DNA of 64,000 bases, from positions 683,013 to 747,012 of the forward strand of contig CBDCYU010000003.1 in assembly GCA_965224345.1 (NCBI GenBank). Direction: 5' to 3'. Each line of letters starts with the position of its first letter. Position 1 is the first letter of the stretch. The notes beneath the pieces were generated by a model. That model saw nothing but the letters and a program-made list of their open reading frames with translations. It had not been told where the DNA came from and searched no databases. Shown one piece after another: positions 29,913-39,353 of the stretch. A program made the position numbers and the translations under genes. The DNA comes from Dehalococcoidia bacterium (lineage in GTDB: Bacteria; Chloroflexota; Dehalococcoidia; Lucifugimonadales; CBDCYU01).

Positions 29913-30452
29913 ATGGCCTATTCGATCAGTGACTTCGTAGCGGATATCGACAGCACCCTGGAAGAGATGGGTGAGACGATGGAGAGTGTATGGGCCCTGG
30001 GGCCGCGGCTGCAGAGGCTGGTTGCCGAGGGTGGAGACCTGACGCTCCAGGGAGAGCCGGCTGACGGCACCTCCGGGCTCAGTGGCAGAGTACTCCACGT
30101 AGACGCGGAGGGCAGATTCCGCCTGGTGGTTGCCAGGTTCGGATCGGACCAGCCGACACCTGTCCACAGTCACACGCGGTGGGGGCTGGAGTGCGGGATA
30201 TCAGGGCGAGAGCGGTTCACGGTGTGGAGCCAAGGCGAAGACGGCCCACAGTCAGGCCAAGCTCAACTGACCGTCTTCTCAGACCACCACATAGAGCGCG
30301 GCGACCTCGGCTACTGGTACGATGCGCCTCGCAACGTTCACCGCCAGTGGGCCGAGGGCGGGGAGCCTTCCTGCGTCGTCATCCTGATGGGCGGAGACGG
30401 AGGGCGAGACCACCTGTTCGACCTTGTCAGCGGAACGTCGACGCCCGCGTAG
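29913..30452 (+). CDS. Cysteine/thiol dioxygenase-like cupin
   Basis: AGGAGG RBS. TPVHSHTRWG plus a distal HRQ form a likely 3-His site. Confidence 0.7.
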   Translation: MAYSISDFVADIDSTLEEMGETMESVWALGPRLQRLVAEGGDLTLQGEPADGTSGLSGRVLHVDAEGRFRLVVARFGSDQPTPVHSHTRWGLECGISGRERFTVWSQGEDGPQSGQAQLTVFSDHHIERGDLGYWYDAPRNVHRQWAEGGEPSCVVILMGGDGGRDHLFDLVSGTSTPA

Positions 30453-30528
30453 ATCGTCAGCAGAGACAAGCCCTCTGGGGATGCTCCCCGTACCGGGGAC
30501 TTCTGCCTAAGCAGATGCTGGGAAGCCG

Positions 30529-30672
30529 CTAGGCGGCCTTTCCGATTCGGAAGACGGTGGCGCCGCAGACGGCGCACTTGCCCTTGGTAGCGGGCCTGCC
30601 ATTCTTAAGCTCGACCTGCTCGGCGTCGTTGATGTCTCGGTGGTCTCGGCACTTTAGGCAGTATGCTTGCAC
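30529..30672 (-). CDS. DUF5679 small zinc-ribbon protein
   Basis: AYCLKCR...KNGRPATKGKCAVCG..VFRIG. GGAGG RBS then GTG. Confidence 0.85.
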   Translation of the reverse strand: MQAYCLKCRDHRDINDAEQVELKNGRPATKGKCAVCGATVFRIGKAA

Positions 30673-30928
30673 TGGAAAACCTCCACGTGATATTTGGGGT
30701 GGGGGTTGGACGCTGCTCTTCCATAGATACGCCACCGACTGAAGTGCTGCGATGCGCCCCCGCCTTTAGTTTTGGGGCCGTGAGTGCTCCGTCGCCCAAC
30801 CGCCTCGGAGAGCATGGCCGGAGCATCACTATAGGTTGGCATTATACGGCGCAAGCTTCGAATGGACAACCCCTGTAGCAGGCCAATTCCGCGCACCAAG
30901 GCCCTACCGCCAAGGAGAGGGGGAGCCT

Positions 30929-32125
30929 TCATCGGGCCGAAGGCGAAGCCCTGTGCCCCCTCAGGCTGAGACTCGCCGGCAGGATCGCGGCAGTCACGGC
31001 TACCATGAGGCCGACTGTTGCACTAAGGCTGAAGATATCCGCCACGAGACCGTAGCAGATCGGTGAGATGATGGCGCCGCCCTCGTTGGTGGTGTAGTAG
31101 AAGCCGTAGAGGCGGGCACGGCGCCGGACGGGGATAACGTCCGCTACCGTGGCGTAGAGCACCGAGGAGGTCCCGTTGAGGCCGATGCCCAGGACGATCA
31201 TGAGAGGCGCCATGGCGATGGGTGGGGCGGCCAGGGTCAATGCAAGAAGAAGGGCCGTCATTCCCTTGGTGACCCATATCAAGCTGACTGCGCTGTAGCG
31301 CTCGCCAAGCAGGCCGCAGACGTACTTCCCGGCTGCTCCTCCGGCGAACAGCAGAGCGAGCATGGCCGTGATGGTGGATGTCTGCATGCCCTTGTCGTCC
31401 ATCACGAAGGGCAAGAAGACCAGGGCCGCGCCCCTGGTCGTCGAGTCCACGAATCCGACGAAGCTGAGGGCTATGAACGGTCGGAGATTCACGGCGCCGC
31501 CAGCTTCGACGGCGCCGCCCCCAGGCTGCCCCGCGGGGCGCCCCGCATCTACGCTTCGGCGGGTTAGCGTTGTCAGCAGCGTGAACACGATGCCTGTTGC
31601 GCCGACGAGCCACAACGCGCTCCTCCACCCGTAGCTCAGGGCGATGGCGGCAGCCACGATTACGGGAGCCGCGATTTTGCCCAGATCCCCCGCAAAGTTG
31701 ACGGTCCCTACGGCGGTGGACCGGCCTCGATCGTCGTAGGCGCGGGACACCATGCTGGAGGCCAGCGGGTGCTGCATCCCGCCGCCGAGCCCGCCCAGGA
31801 AGCAGGATACCAGGAGTACGATGAACACAGGCGAAAGAGCCATCGCTATCAGGCCCGCACCCACCCAAACGTTGCCCAAGAGGAGCAGCCAGAACTCCCC
31901 GAACGTCTCAGCCAGAACGCCGGCGGGTATTTGCAGCACTGCCGAGGCGCCGCCGAAGACGGAGCGAAGTAAGCCGACCTCCGTATACGAGAGCCCCATG
32001 TCCTCCTGAATGAGTATGAGCAAAGGTATGGGGAGGGCAAAGAAGAGGTCGCTCCAGACGTGCATCGCCGAGGCGAACACGAGGGTTCGACGGGCCTTGG
32101 GAGCCTTGGCGATGGAGCTCAGCAT
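30929..32125 (-). CDS. MFS transporter
   Basis: About 12 hydrophobic helices. PAGVLAETFG, GMQHP, RGRSTAVG motifs. Confidence 0.9.
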   Translation of the reverse strand: MLSSIAKAPKARRTLVFASAMHVWSDLFFALPIPLLILIQEDMGLSYTEVGLLRSVFGGASAVLQIPAGVLAETFGEFWLLLLGNVWVGAGLIAMALSPVFIVLLVSCFLGGLGGGMQHPLASSMVSRAYDDRGRSTAVGTVNFAGDLGKIAAPVIVAAAIALSYGWRSALWLVGATGIVFTLLTTLTRRSVDAGRPAGQPGGGAVEAGGAVNLRPFIALSFVGFVDSTTRGAALVFLPFVMDDKGMQTSTITAMLALLFAGGAAGKYVCGLLGERYSAVSLIWVTKGMTALLLALTLAAPPIAMAPLMIVLGIGLNGTSSVLYATVADVIPVRRRARLYGFYYTTNEGGAIISPICYGLVADIFSLSATVGLMVAVTAAILPASLSLRGHRASPSAR

Positions 32126-32237
32126 TGTGAGGCGGTCAGCTCACGCTTGGGGAGAGAGCTGGCGGCGAGCCCGGACGTCCGCACCGTGTCGTAGGAGCAG
32201 CCGTCGTTGGAGGACAGGGTCTCTTGGTCCTGGCCCT

Positions 32238-32621
32238 CTACGGGGTCGCCGGGTCTTCTACTACGCCCCTGGCCCGTAGATTCACGGCGCCTTTCAGGTA
32301 GACGTGGGACAGCTCCGAGGGGGACTTGTCGGTGTTGAGGAGGATCAGCACCCTGATGCAGTGCCCCTGTGCGTCGGGCACCGCCATCTCGTGGCTGTTC
32401 ATCAGGGCGACGCCGGTCCAGCCCATTCTCCGTGCGGCCACCGTGGGAAACTCTGCGGTGAGGTCGGTCGTGGTGGTGAAGAGGGCGGCGGCCACGTCGT
32501 CGGGATCGATGTCGTTGGCCTCGATGAGCTGGCTGAGCATCTCAGAGGCGGCCTCGACGATGGCCTCCTTCGTATTGCGGTCGGAAGTCGTTGCGCCTCT
32601 GATCCCACGGACCTTGCTCAT
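32238..32621 (-). CDS. aroH: Chorismate mutase, AroH class
   Basis: VRGIRGATT, TDLTAEFP..AAR, CIRVLI, HVYLKGAVNLR. Confidence 0.95.
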   Translation of the reverse strand: MSKVRGIRGATTSDRNTKEAIVEAASEMLSQLIEANDIDPDDVAAALFTTTTDLTAEFPTVAARRMGWTGVALMNSHEMAVPDAQGHCIRVLILLNTDKSPSELSHVYLKGAVNLRARGVVEDPATP

Positions 32622-33424
32622 AGCAGCGACGTATCGGCGGTGGCGAGGGCCGACACGAACTGCCGCGCGGCCTCCGGGGCCCGGTCTCTAGGGCTCTTGT
32701 CGATGGCGTCCAAGAGAGCGCTGCCCACGACGGCGCCGTCTGCGTAACGTCCGATCTCCTCCACGTGCTCCCTGTTCGAAACTCCGAAGCCGACCAAGAC
32801 CGGCAGGTCCGTGTGCCGCCGGATTCTTTCCACGAGACCGGAGATACCCGATGACAGCTTGCTCCTCGCCGAGGTCACCCCGGTAACGCTGACGCAGTAT
32901 ATAAACCCATGGGCGTCCCTGCAAGCCTGTTCTATCCTCTCGTCCGTGCTGGTGGGAGCAAGCATTGGTACGACGTATATGCCCCGCTCCTGGCAGAGGG
33001 TCTTGAAGGGCTCCGCCTCCTCGGTGGGGAGATCGGGCACGATGAACCCGTCGAGCCCCGCGCTTTCGGAGTCTCGCACAAGATCCTCCACTCCATAGCG
33101 CAGGAATGGGTTGTAGTAGCCCATGAATATCAGTGGAATCTCGACGCCTGCGGCCCTCAGATCTCTTACGAACTCCAGCGAGACGCGCGTCGTGACACCC
33201 TGTTGCAGGGCGCGAAAGCTGGCCATTTGGACCGTGGGTCCGTCGGCCAGCGGATCGCTGAAGGGTACGCCAAGCTCCAGCATGTCGGCCCCGGACCCCG
33301 CGATCACTTCGGCCAGGGTCCGAGACGTGTCCAGGTCCGGGAAGCCGATGGTAACGTAGGGTACGAGAGCGGTCTTGCTGGCGGAGCGCAGTGACTGGAG
33401 CTTGACGTCGATACGGTTTGCCAT
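32618..33424 (-). CDS. trpA: Tryptophan synthase alpha chain
   Basis: LELGVPFSDPLADGPTVQ, MGYYNP, PDLP, GVTS, VGFGV, VVGSA. Confidence 0.97.
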   Translation of the reverse strand: MANRIDVKLQSLRSASKTALVPYVTIGFPDLDTSRTLAEVIAGSGADMLELGVPFSDPLADGPTVQMASFRALQQGVTTRVSLEFVRDLRAAGVEIPLIFMGYYNPFLRYGVEDLVRDSESAGLDGFIVPDLPTEEAEPFKTLCQERGIYVVPMLAPTSTDERIEQACRDAHGFIYCVSVTGVTSARSKLSSGISGLVERIRRHTDLPVLVGFGVSNREHVEEIGRYADGAVVGSALLDAIDKSPRDRAPEAARQFVSALATADTSLL

Positions 33425-33442
33425 ATTCGGATCAGTCCACAT

Positions 33443-34138
33443 TCATGAGGCTATCGACAGCGCCAGGAGGTTCTGTGCTGCGTGGGCCGCCATCGGCGGC
33501 CACACTGAGCCGGTCCTGAGGTATAGCCAGGACAGGAGCAGGCCGGTAAAGAAGAAGGGTATCACCGCGCTGAGCATGAGGTGGCCTGCCGCGAATATCA
33601 GCGAGCTCACCACGGCGGCCCGGAGGGGTCCCAAGGGCTCCACCAAGGCGGCCATCAGGAATCCCCTGAAGAACACCTCCTCCGCGAAGGGCACCCACGC
33701 CACGATGGACAGCGCGTTGATCCCGCGGGCGAACCCGTGCCCGAGGATGCCGCTTTCCATGGGTCTGGGAGTTAGCAGCTCGATTCCCAGCGACTCCACC
33801 GTCGCCGCATATAGTGCGGTGAACAGGATGCTCAATAGCAGCGCCAGCCAGGGCAGGCCGAAGGCCGCGGCTCCCCGGGCTCGTCTGAGTCCCAGGGCAG
33901 CCCAGCGCTCCCGGTACCTCCTGACGGCGAATACCCAGACCGCCAGCAGCAACCCTCCGTGGAAGGAGCTGGCGAACCAGGGTGAGCGGAGAGTGGACTC
34001 CTCCACGAGCCCAGAGCCGACTATGACCCTGGCCGCCAGGAGGATGGCAGCGAAGCTCCCCAGGACGAGGCCGGCCGCCAGCAGAACGTCTCTGATGTTC
34101 CAGGGCACCGACATACGTCCGCTGTCGAGCTCCGTCAT
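33443..34138 (-). CDS. CPBP (CAAX protease/Abi) family intramembrane metalloprotease
   Basis: EEVFFRG, FAAGH, HAAQN. Confidence 0.92.
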   Translation of the reverse strand: MTELDSGRMSVPWNIRDVLLAAGLVLGSFAAILLAARVIVGSGLVEESTLRSPWFASSFHGGLLLAVWVFAVRRYRERWAALGLRRARGAAAFGLPWLALLLSILFTALYAATVESLGIELLTPRPMESGILGHGFARGINALSIVAWVPFAEEVFFRGFLMAALVEPLGPLRAAVVSSLIFAAGHLMLSAVIPFFFTGLLLSWLYLRTGSVWPPMAAHAAQNLLALSIAS

Positions 34139-34176
34139 AACACGCCAATCGCCTCAGCTCCTCTACCGAACCCCTC

Positions 34177-34818
34177 CTAATCCCTAATCCACTCGACGTC
34201 TCCGGATAGTCCCGGAGCGTGCTTCTTCGACTCGAATACGGCGTACTCTTGCTTGGAGGTCTCCAGGTCGCTGTCGTCACCGTGGCCAGGGTAGAAGGCG
34301 AGGTTGTCGCCCAGCACGAACAGCTTGCCGGTTATGCTGTCGATCATCTGCGCCAGGGCCTCCGGCGAGCCGCTCTTTCCAGGGCCGCCGGGGAAGAGGG
34401 TGTCCCCCGTGAACAGGTGGCTGCCGATTACGAAGCAGGTGGAACCCGGGGTGTGACCCGGCGTTGACAGCACCTTAAGGCGCAGTGTGCCCGCGACTAC
34501 CTCCTCGCCGTCTTTCAGGATGATGTCGGGCGGTTTGGGCAGGGCCCCGGCGTCCGGCCCTCCTATTCCGACGGGGCAGTCGATGGCCGAGACGACCTCG
34601 TCGAAGCCGAACAGGTGGTCAGCGTGGTTGTGGGTGATCAGAATGGCGTTGACGTTGGTGGCCTTTGCCGCTCTGACCAGGTCTGAGGGGTCCGCCGGAG
34701 TGTCTATTATGACGCTGTCGTTGGTCTCAGGGCAGACGATGAGGTAGGCGTTGTTGTCGTAGGGGCCGCACTTCAGCTTGTGTATCCTGATGCCGGCGTC
34801 CTCGTAATGTGCTGTCAT
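34177..34818 (-). CDS. MBL-fold metallo-hydrolase (glyoxalase II-like)
   Basis: THNHADH, TPGHTPGS, FTGDTLF, YPGHG. Confidence 0.92.
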   Translation of the reverse strand: MTAHYEDAGIRIHKLKCGPYDNNAYLIVCPETNDSVIIDTPADPSDLVRAAKATNVNAILITHNHADHLFGFDEVVSAIDCPVGIGGPDAGALPKPPDIILKDGEEVVAGTLRLKVLSTPGHTPGSTCFVIGSHLFTGDTLFPGGPGKSGSPEALAQMIDSITGKLFVLGDNLAFYPGHGDDSDLETSKQEYAVFESKKHAPGLSGDVEWIRD

Positions 34819-35033
34819 GGTGCGTCTCCTCCAAGTTGATGCGTTTGGGGCCTCGGAAGGGTAGGGATGGGCGTGACGTGATTATAGCAGCGCGCGGAGC
34901 CTCGTCAACGTTCTTCTCACGTGCCTCGCCCTGGGAAAAGCCTGGGAAGCTGGGACGGGCTGGTATAATCCCGACTGGGAAGGTGAATGGTCCCGGCCCG
35001 CCGGGACTCTCCAATCAGGGACGAGGTGCCTAG

Positions 35034-35303
35034 ATGAGCGGCTTGGGGTTGACCGTAAAACAGGACTCTGGCGGCAAGCGGGTTGAGATAGAGTGCCCGC
35101 ACCAGAATGGGCTTCTCTACGTGGTGCCCAGCGAGGCGAGCTGGGTGTGCTCGGAGGAGCTGCTGCACGTTCACGCGATGGCGGGATTCTTCAAGGAGGT
35201 TGCCGCGCTGGGGGACGAGCGAGTGAAGGAGATCATGCAGCGGTGGGGCCTATACTTCCGGGAGCGCCCTCTTCGAAGCCAAGATGAGTCCGGCCCTCCG
35301 TAA
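35034..35303 (+). CDS. Hypothetical 89-aa protein with Cys/His cluster
   Basis: GAGG RBS and TGGTATAAT promoter at 34961-34969. Motif ECPH...WVC...HVH. Confidence 0.65.
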   Translation: MSGLGLTVKQDSGGKRVEIECPHQNGLLYVVPSEASWVCSEELLHVHAMAGFFKEVAALGDERVKEIMQRWGLYFRERPLRSQDESGPP

Positions 35304-35346
35304 GTCCAGGTAGTGTCTCAGTTTCAAACCGAGGCACTGCTTGAGT

Positions 35347-36186
35347 CTAGAAATCCTCTTGCTCGTCGTCCGTGTTGATGATCCGGTGGATGACCGAAGT
35401 GAACGCATCATCGTCCCCCGGCTCGGTATCGTCATCCGACCAGTCCTTCACTAGGACCGGCTCGCTGCGTCCGGAAGTCCCCCCGTTCAGCTCCTGGGCC
35501 AGGAACGCTCGCGGCGCCAAGGTCCGATGTTTGGCCTCGCCCCGCGATGGGAAGGATGTGACGTTGGTCTGAGAAGGATGCTTGTATGCCTCGCGAACCA
35601 TAACCGTGAGCTCTGCCGCACTCACGCTGGTTACCACCGCATCGTACCTGTTGCCTCCATTCATCAGGCGGGTCAACCTGGTCTCCCATCTCGGTCCGAT
35701 CTGCCCGAGATACTCTCCGGAGGGAGCGACCACCTCTACCCTGCGTCCCGCGGGCTGGAGATAAACGGCGTGGCCAGGCGCCAGTTTGAGGAGGACGTCG
35801 GGAGGCGCCGGGTCCGCCAAGGAGACGACGGCGGCCTTGCCGCCCTCCTCGATGAAGAGCTGGGGCGCGGCGCTGGTCCGGGCCCTCGGTCTTGGAGTTT
35901 CGTCGGCCAGCCGCGTCAGTCGTTCGAGGTTTTTCCTGGCTATGCCGTTGGCCGGTGAGATGGAGAGCGCCTGTTGGAAGGCGTCTCTGGCCTCACGGTT
36001 GCGTCCCAGCTCGCTGAGGGCCTTGCCCAAGCGGTTGCACGTCTCCAGGTCGTCCGGGTAGTCCGCCAAGATCGACCTGTTCGCCGTCACGGCCTCTTCC
36101 CAACGGCTTTTCATGGCGAGGGCTATGGCGCGCTTGACCTTGATCTTCTTCGTCTTGTGACCGTCGGCGACTTGGCGAACGTTCAT
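35347..36186 (-). CDS. TPR protein with HIRAN-like C-terminal domain and acidic tail
   Basis: TPR NRLGKALSELG..EA..AF..AL...P.N.IA.KNL, then GEYLGQI...L..LMNGGNRYDAVV. Confidence 0.75.
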   Translation of the reverse strand: MNVRQVADGHKTKKIKVKRAIALAMKSRWEEAVTANRSILADYPDDLETCNRLGKALSELGRNREARDAFQQALSISPANGIARKNLERLTRLADETPRPRARTSAAPQLFIEEGGKAAVVSLADPAPPDVLLKLAPGHAVYLQPAGRRVEVVAPSGEYLGQIGPRWETRLTRLMNGGNRYDAVVTSVSAAELTVMVREAYKHPSQTNVTSFPSRGEAKHRTLAPRAFLAQELNGGTSGRSEPVLVKDWSDDDTEPGDDDAFTSVIHRIINTDDEQEDF

Positions 36187-36305
36187 GGTCCCACCCATCC
36201 TCAGAGTCGGTGAATTCTAGCGCACAGCCTGGGAGTGCGCTAGGGTTTCGAAGGTTGCGTGTCAGCCGGCTATTCATATGGATGCGGCCTGAGACGGGAG
36301 CATTC

Positions 36306-37040
36306 CTAATCCCCGTCCTCTAGGACGTACCCGCCCGTAAGGTCTCGGACTCTCACTCGAAGGGCGTCGATGAACATCGACAGAGAGTCGACCCCCGTCC
36401 TGACCTTGCTGTCTCTATCGTGGTACCAATCGATGGGAATCTCCACTACTTTCAGGCCCTGTTTACGGGCGAGATACAGCAATTCGACGTCGAAAGCCAG
36501 CCCTCTGGTCTTCTGAAGCCGGAACAGCGTCTCGGCCTGCTCGGCCCTGAAGCACTTGAATCCGCACTGGGTGTCGGCGTATCCGCCTACTACCGCGAGG
36601 CGAACGAGCATATTGAATACTCTGCCCCGGACATGCCGCATGAGGGGCTCGTTGTAGCGCCTAGCGCCCGGCGCCTGACGCGATCCGATCACGGCATCGT
36701 AGCCATCTTCCATCCGCTCGATGAAGGAGGCGATCAGCTCTACGGGCATGGCGAGATCGGCGTCGCACATCAGGCGGTACGCTCCCGAGGCAGCAAGCAT
36801 TCCGTGCCTTACCGCCCAACCCTTGCCGCGGTGGGGAATACGCTGCAGCGAGATCCCTCCCAACGCCCGCGCCCGCTCGGCTACCCTCTCGGAGGTCGCG
36901 TCTGAGCTCCCGTCATCTACGATCATCACCTCCCAGGAGTAGGGCTGTGCGCCAAGGTACTGCACGATGGCGTCCAGCGTCGGTCCGATGCGGGCCTCCT
37001 CGTTGAAGGCGGGTATGATGATGGAGAGGAGAGGTCTCAC
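36306..37040 (-). CDS. GT2 glycosyltransferase (dolichyl-phosphate glucosyltransferase-like)
   Basis: IIIPAFNEE, VDDGSSD, GKGWAVRHG, DADL, DTQCGFK, FDVELL. Confidence 0.92.
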   Translation of the reverse strand: MRPLLSIIIPAFNEEARIGPTLDAIVQYLGAQPYSWEVMIVDDGSSDATSERVAERARALGGISLQRIPHRGKGWAVRHGMLAASGAYRLMCDADLAMPVELIASFIERMEDGYDAVIGSRQAPGARRYNEPLMRHVRGRVFNMLVRLAVVGGYADTQCGFKCFRAEQAETLFRLQKTRGLAFDVELLYLARKQGLKVVEIPIDWYHDRDSKVRTGVDSLSMFIDALRVRVRDLTGGYVLEDGD

Positions 37041-37119
37041 GGGATGGTGCAGGGGAGCGGGCCCTCTTCCTTGCTTGGCGAGCCGGTCCCCGGCTGTAGG
37101 GGAAAGAGAAAGCGGCGGC

Positions 37120-37620
37120 TCATTCGGCTTGGTCCAGCTGGAAGGCGGCGTGGAGCGCACGGGCGGCCTCACCGAGCTGCGCTGCGCCCACCAGGCAGGT
37201 GATGCGTATCTCGGAGGTGGTGATCATCTCGATGTTGACTCTGCTGTCAGCCAGCGCTCGGAACATCTTGGAGGCGTATCCCGGCGCGTTCTGCATACCT
37301 GTCCCGACGATGCTCAGCTTGGCAAGGCCCTCCCTGCTCACCACTCCACGGCTCCCCAGCTCACGGGCGATGGGCTCCACCACCTCGAGGGCGTGTCGAA
37401 TATCGGTACGTTTGACCGTGAACGTGAGATCGGTAGCCTCGTCTACGCTGGCGTTCTGGACGATGACGTCCACGCTGATCCCCGCCGACGCCAGGGGCTC
37501 GAAGAGGCTGGCGGCGATTCCGGGCCTGTCGACGAGACCGAGAACGGTGATCTTGGACACGTTCTCGTCCGTTGCGATGCCCCTGACCCGGTTCCTGATC
37601 TCTCCGACACCAGAGCTCAT
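37120..37620 (-). CDS. Aspartate kinase beta subunit, in-frame internal start (predicted, 166 aa)
   Basis: AGGAGG (37632-37627), 6 nt, then ATG (37620) at the kinase/ACT boundary. Confidence 0.65.
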   Translation of the reverse strand: MSSGVGEIRNRVRGIATDENVSKITVLGLVDRPGIAASLFEPLASAGISVDVIVQNASVDEATDLTFTVKRTDIRHALEVVEPIARELGSRGVVSREGLAKLSIVGTGMQNAPGYASKMFRALADSRVNIEMITTSEIRITCLVGAAQLGEAARALHAAFQLDQAE

Positions 37621-38352
37621 ATTGGCCCTCCTGTGTATCAGCGTTCCCGATCCCCGCTCGAAGCTGGAGGCTACCAGGATGGGCATATCGTAGACCATCC
37701 CCAGCTCGATGGAGCGCGGGGCCATCTTGGCGCCGTAGCTGGCCAGCTCCAGCATCTCCTCGAACCCGATCTCGTCGAGCTTGCGAGCGTCGGGCACGAG
37801 CCTGGGGTCCGCAGTGTAGATTCCCTCCACGTCTGTGTACACCTCGCAGCGGTCGGCCCCCAGCGCTGCCGCGATGGCCACCGCCGACAGGTCCGAGGCG
37901 CCTCGGCCCAGGGTGGTGACGTCCTCCGTCCCGGTGACCCCTTGGAACCCGGCGACGACCACGATGTTGCCCGCGTCCAGCTCCCGCCGGACACGCCCGG
38001 GCTCCACGGCGGCGATACGGGCCTTGCCATAGGCCCCATCGGTCCGGATGCCCGCCTGCGCTCCGCTGAGGCTAATGGCCTCGTACTCCATGGTGCGAAG
38101 GGCCATGGCGATCAGCGTACATGATACGAGCTCCCCCGTAGAGAGCAGCACGTCGAGCTCGCGCGGCTCCGGCCGCTCCGAGACCTCATGGGCGAGGGCG
38201 ATAAGCTCGTCGGTAGTGTCGCCCATGGCGGATACGACGGCGACGACCTGGCTGCCGCCGTCACGCGCTCGGCAGATGCGTAGGGCGACGGCCTTGATCC
38301 TATCGGCGTCAGCTACGGAGCTGCCGCCGTACTTCTGCACGATTAGCGTCAA
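37120..38352 (-). CDS. lysC: Aspartate kinase (alpha subunit, two ACT domains)
   Basis: VQKYGGSSV, VVSAMGDTTD, TTLGRG.SD, DVEGIYTADP, TSEIRI. Confidence 0.96.
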   Translation of the reverse strand: MTLIVQKYGGSSVADADRIKAVALRICRARDGGSQVVAVVSAMGDTTDELIALAHEVSERPEPRELDVLLSTGELVSCTLIAMALRTMEYEAISLSGAQAGIRTDGAYGKARIAAVEPGRVRRELDAGNIVVVAGFQGVTGTEDVTTLGRGASDLSAVAIAAALGADRCEVYTDVEGIYTADPRLVPDARKLDEIGFEEMLELASYGAKMAPRSIELGMVYDMPILVASSFERGSGTLIHRRANMSSGVGEIRNRVRGIATDENVSKITVLGLVDRPGIAASLFEPLASAGISVDVIVQNASVDEATDLTFTVKRTDIRHALEVVEPIARELGSRGVVSREGLAKLSIVGTGMQNAPGYASKMFRALADSRVNIEMITTSEIRITCLVGAAQLGEAARALHAAFQLDQAE

Positions 38353-38412
38353 ATTACCACCGCTCTCGATGTGGCCACCCTGCCAGACCCGTTTGGACAA
38401 CGCCCGAGCCGT

Positions 38413-39339
38413 CTATGCAGAATCTTCCTCGACCACGGACGCCCCCTCGTTGGTGGGCGTAGTGACCCTGACCGTTCCGCCGACTCCGGACTTGGCGGCC
38501 GCGTCCGCCATCTCGTACCCGATGGTGAACTCCTTCTCCTTGGCCAGGGCCAAAACGCTGGAGCCCGCGCCCGACAAGAATACCCCCAGGGCTCCCGCGT
38601 CCATGGCGGCGCGGAAGATGTTCTTCATCGCCGGAAAGATCGTCTGACGGGCGGGTTGATGAAGGCGGTCGCCGGTGGCGACGGCCAGCGTGGAGTAGTC
38701 GCCCGTTAGGAACGCCCTCACAAGCAGCGCGGCCCTACCGATATTGTACACGGCGTCCTGACGGTCTATGCGCTCCTCCAGCAGCCGGCGAGCGGTGTCG
38801 GTCGGCATCTGCACGTCTGGGATGAAGATTACCGCCCTCAGCCCTTCTGGGGCGGGCACGGTCGAGGTGACCAGGTCCTGGTCGTTCCATACGCCGATCT
38901 GGCAGCCTCCCAGCAGGGCCGGGGCGACGTTGTCCGGGTGTCCCTCGATCTTGGCCGCCAGGCCGAGGATGGTAGAGCGGTCCAACGGGCGGCGGCAGAG
39001 CTCGTTACCCGCTATCAGGCCTCCCACCAGTGCCGCCGAGCTGCTGCCCAAGCCGCGCCCCAGGGGGATATCGTTCCGGCAGATGAGCTTTGCGTCGGGC
39101 GCCGGCTGGCCGGCCTCTTGGAGGGCGGCGCGGAACCCCCGGTAGACAAGGTTGGACTCGTCGGTGGGGAGTGTGTCCGAACCCTCTCCTGAGACCTCTA
39201 TGCCCGTGGAGCCAACCTCGACGCTCACGTGGTTCCAGATGTCCAAGGCCATCCCCAGGCAGTCGAACCCGGGTCCCATGTTTGCCGTGGTCGAGGGCAC
39301 CTTTACGGTTACGCGGTCTCGCAATCTTGCTTCTCCCAT
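38413..39339 (-). CDS. thrB: Homoserine kinase
   Basis: TTANMGPGFDCLG, IPLGRGLGSS, EGHPDN, LSGAGSS. Confidence 0.96.
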   Translation of the reverse strand: MGEARLRDRVTVKVPSTTANMGPGFDCLGMALDIWNHVSVEVGSTGIEVSGEGSDTLPTDESNLVYRGFRAALQEAGQPAPDAKLICRNDIPLGRGLGSSSAALVGGLIAGNELCRRPLDRSTILGLAAKIEGHPDNVAPALLGGCQIGVWNDQDLVTSTVPAPEGLRAVIFIPDVQMPTDTARRLLEERIDRQDAVYNIGRAALLVRAFLTGDYSTLAVATGDRLHQPARQTIFPAMKNIFRAAMDAGALGVFLSGAGSSVLALAKEKEFTIGYEMADAAAKSGVGGTVRVTTPTNEGASVVEEDSA

Positions 39340-39353
39340 TCAGATGGAAGAGT

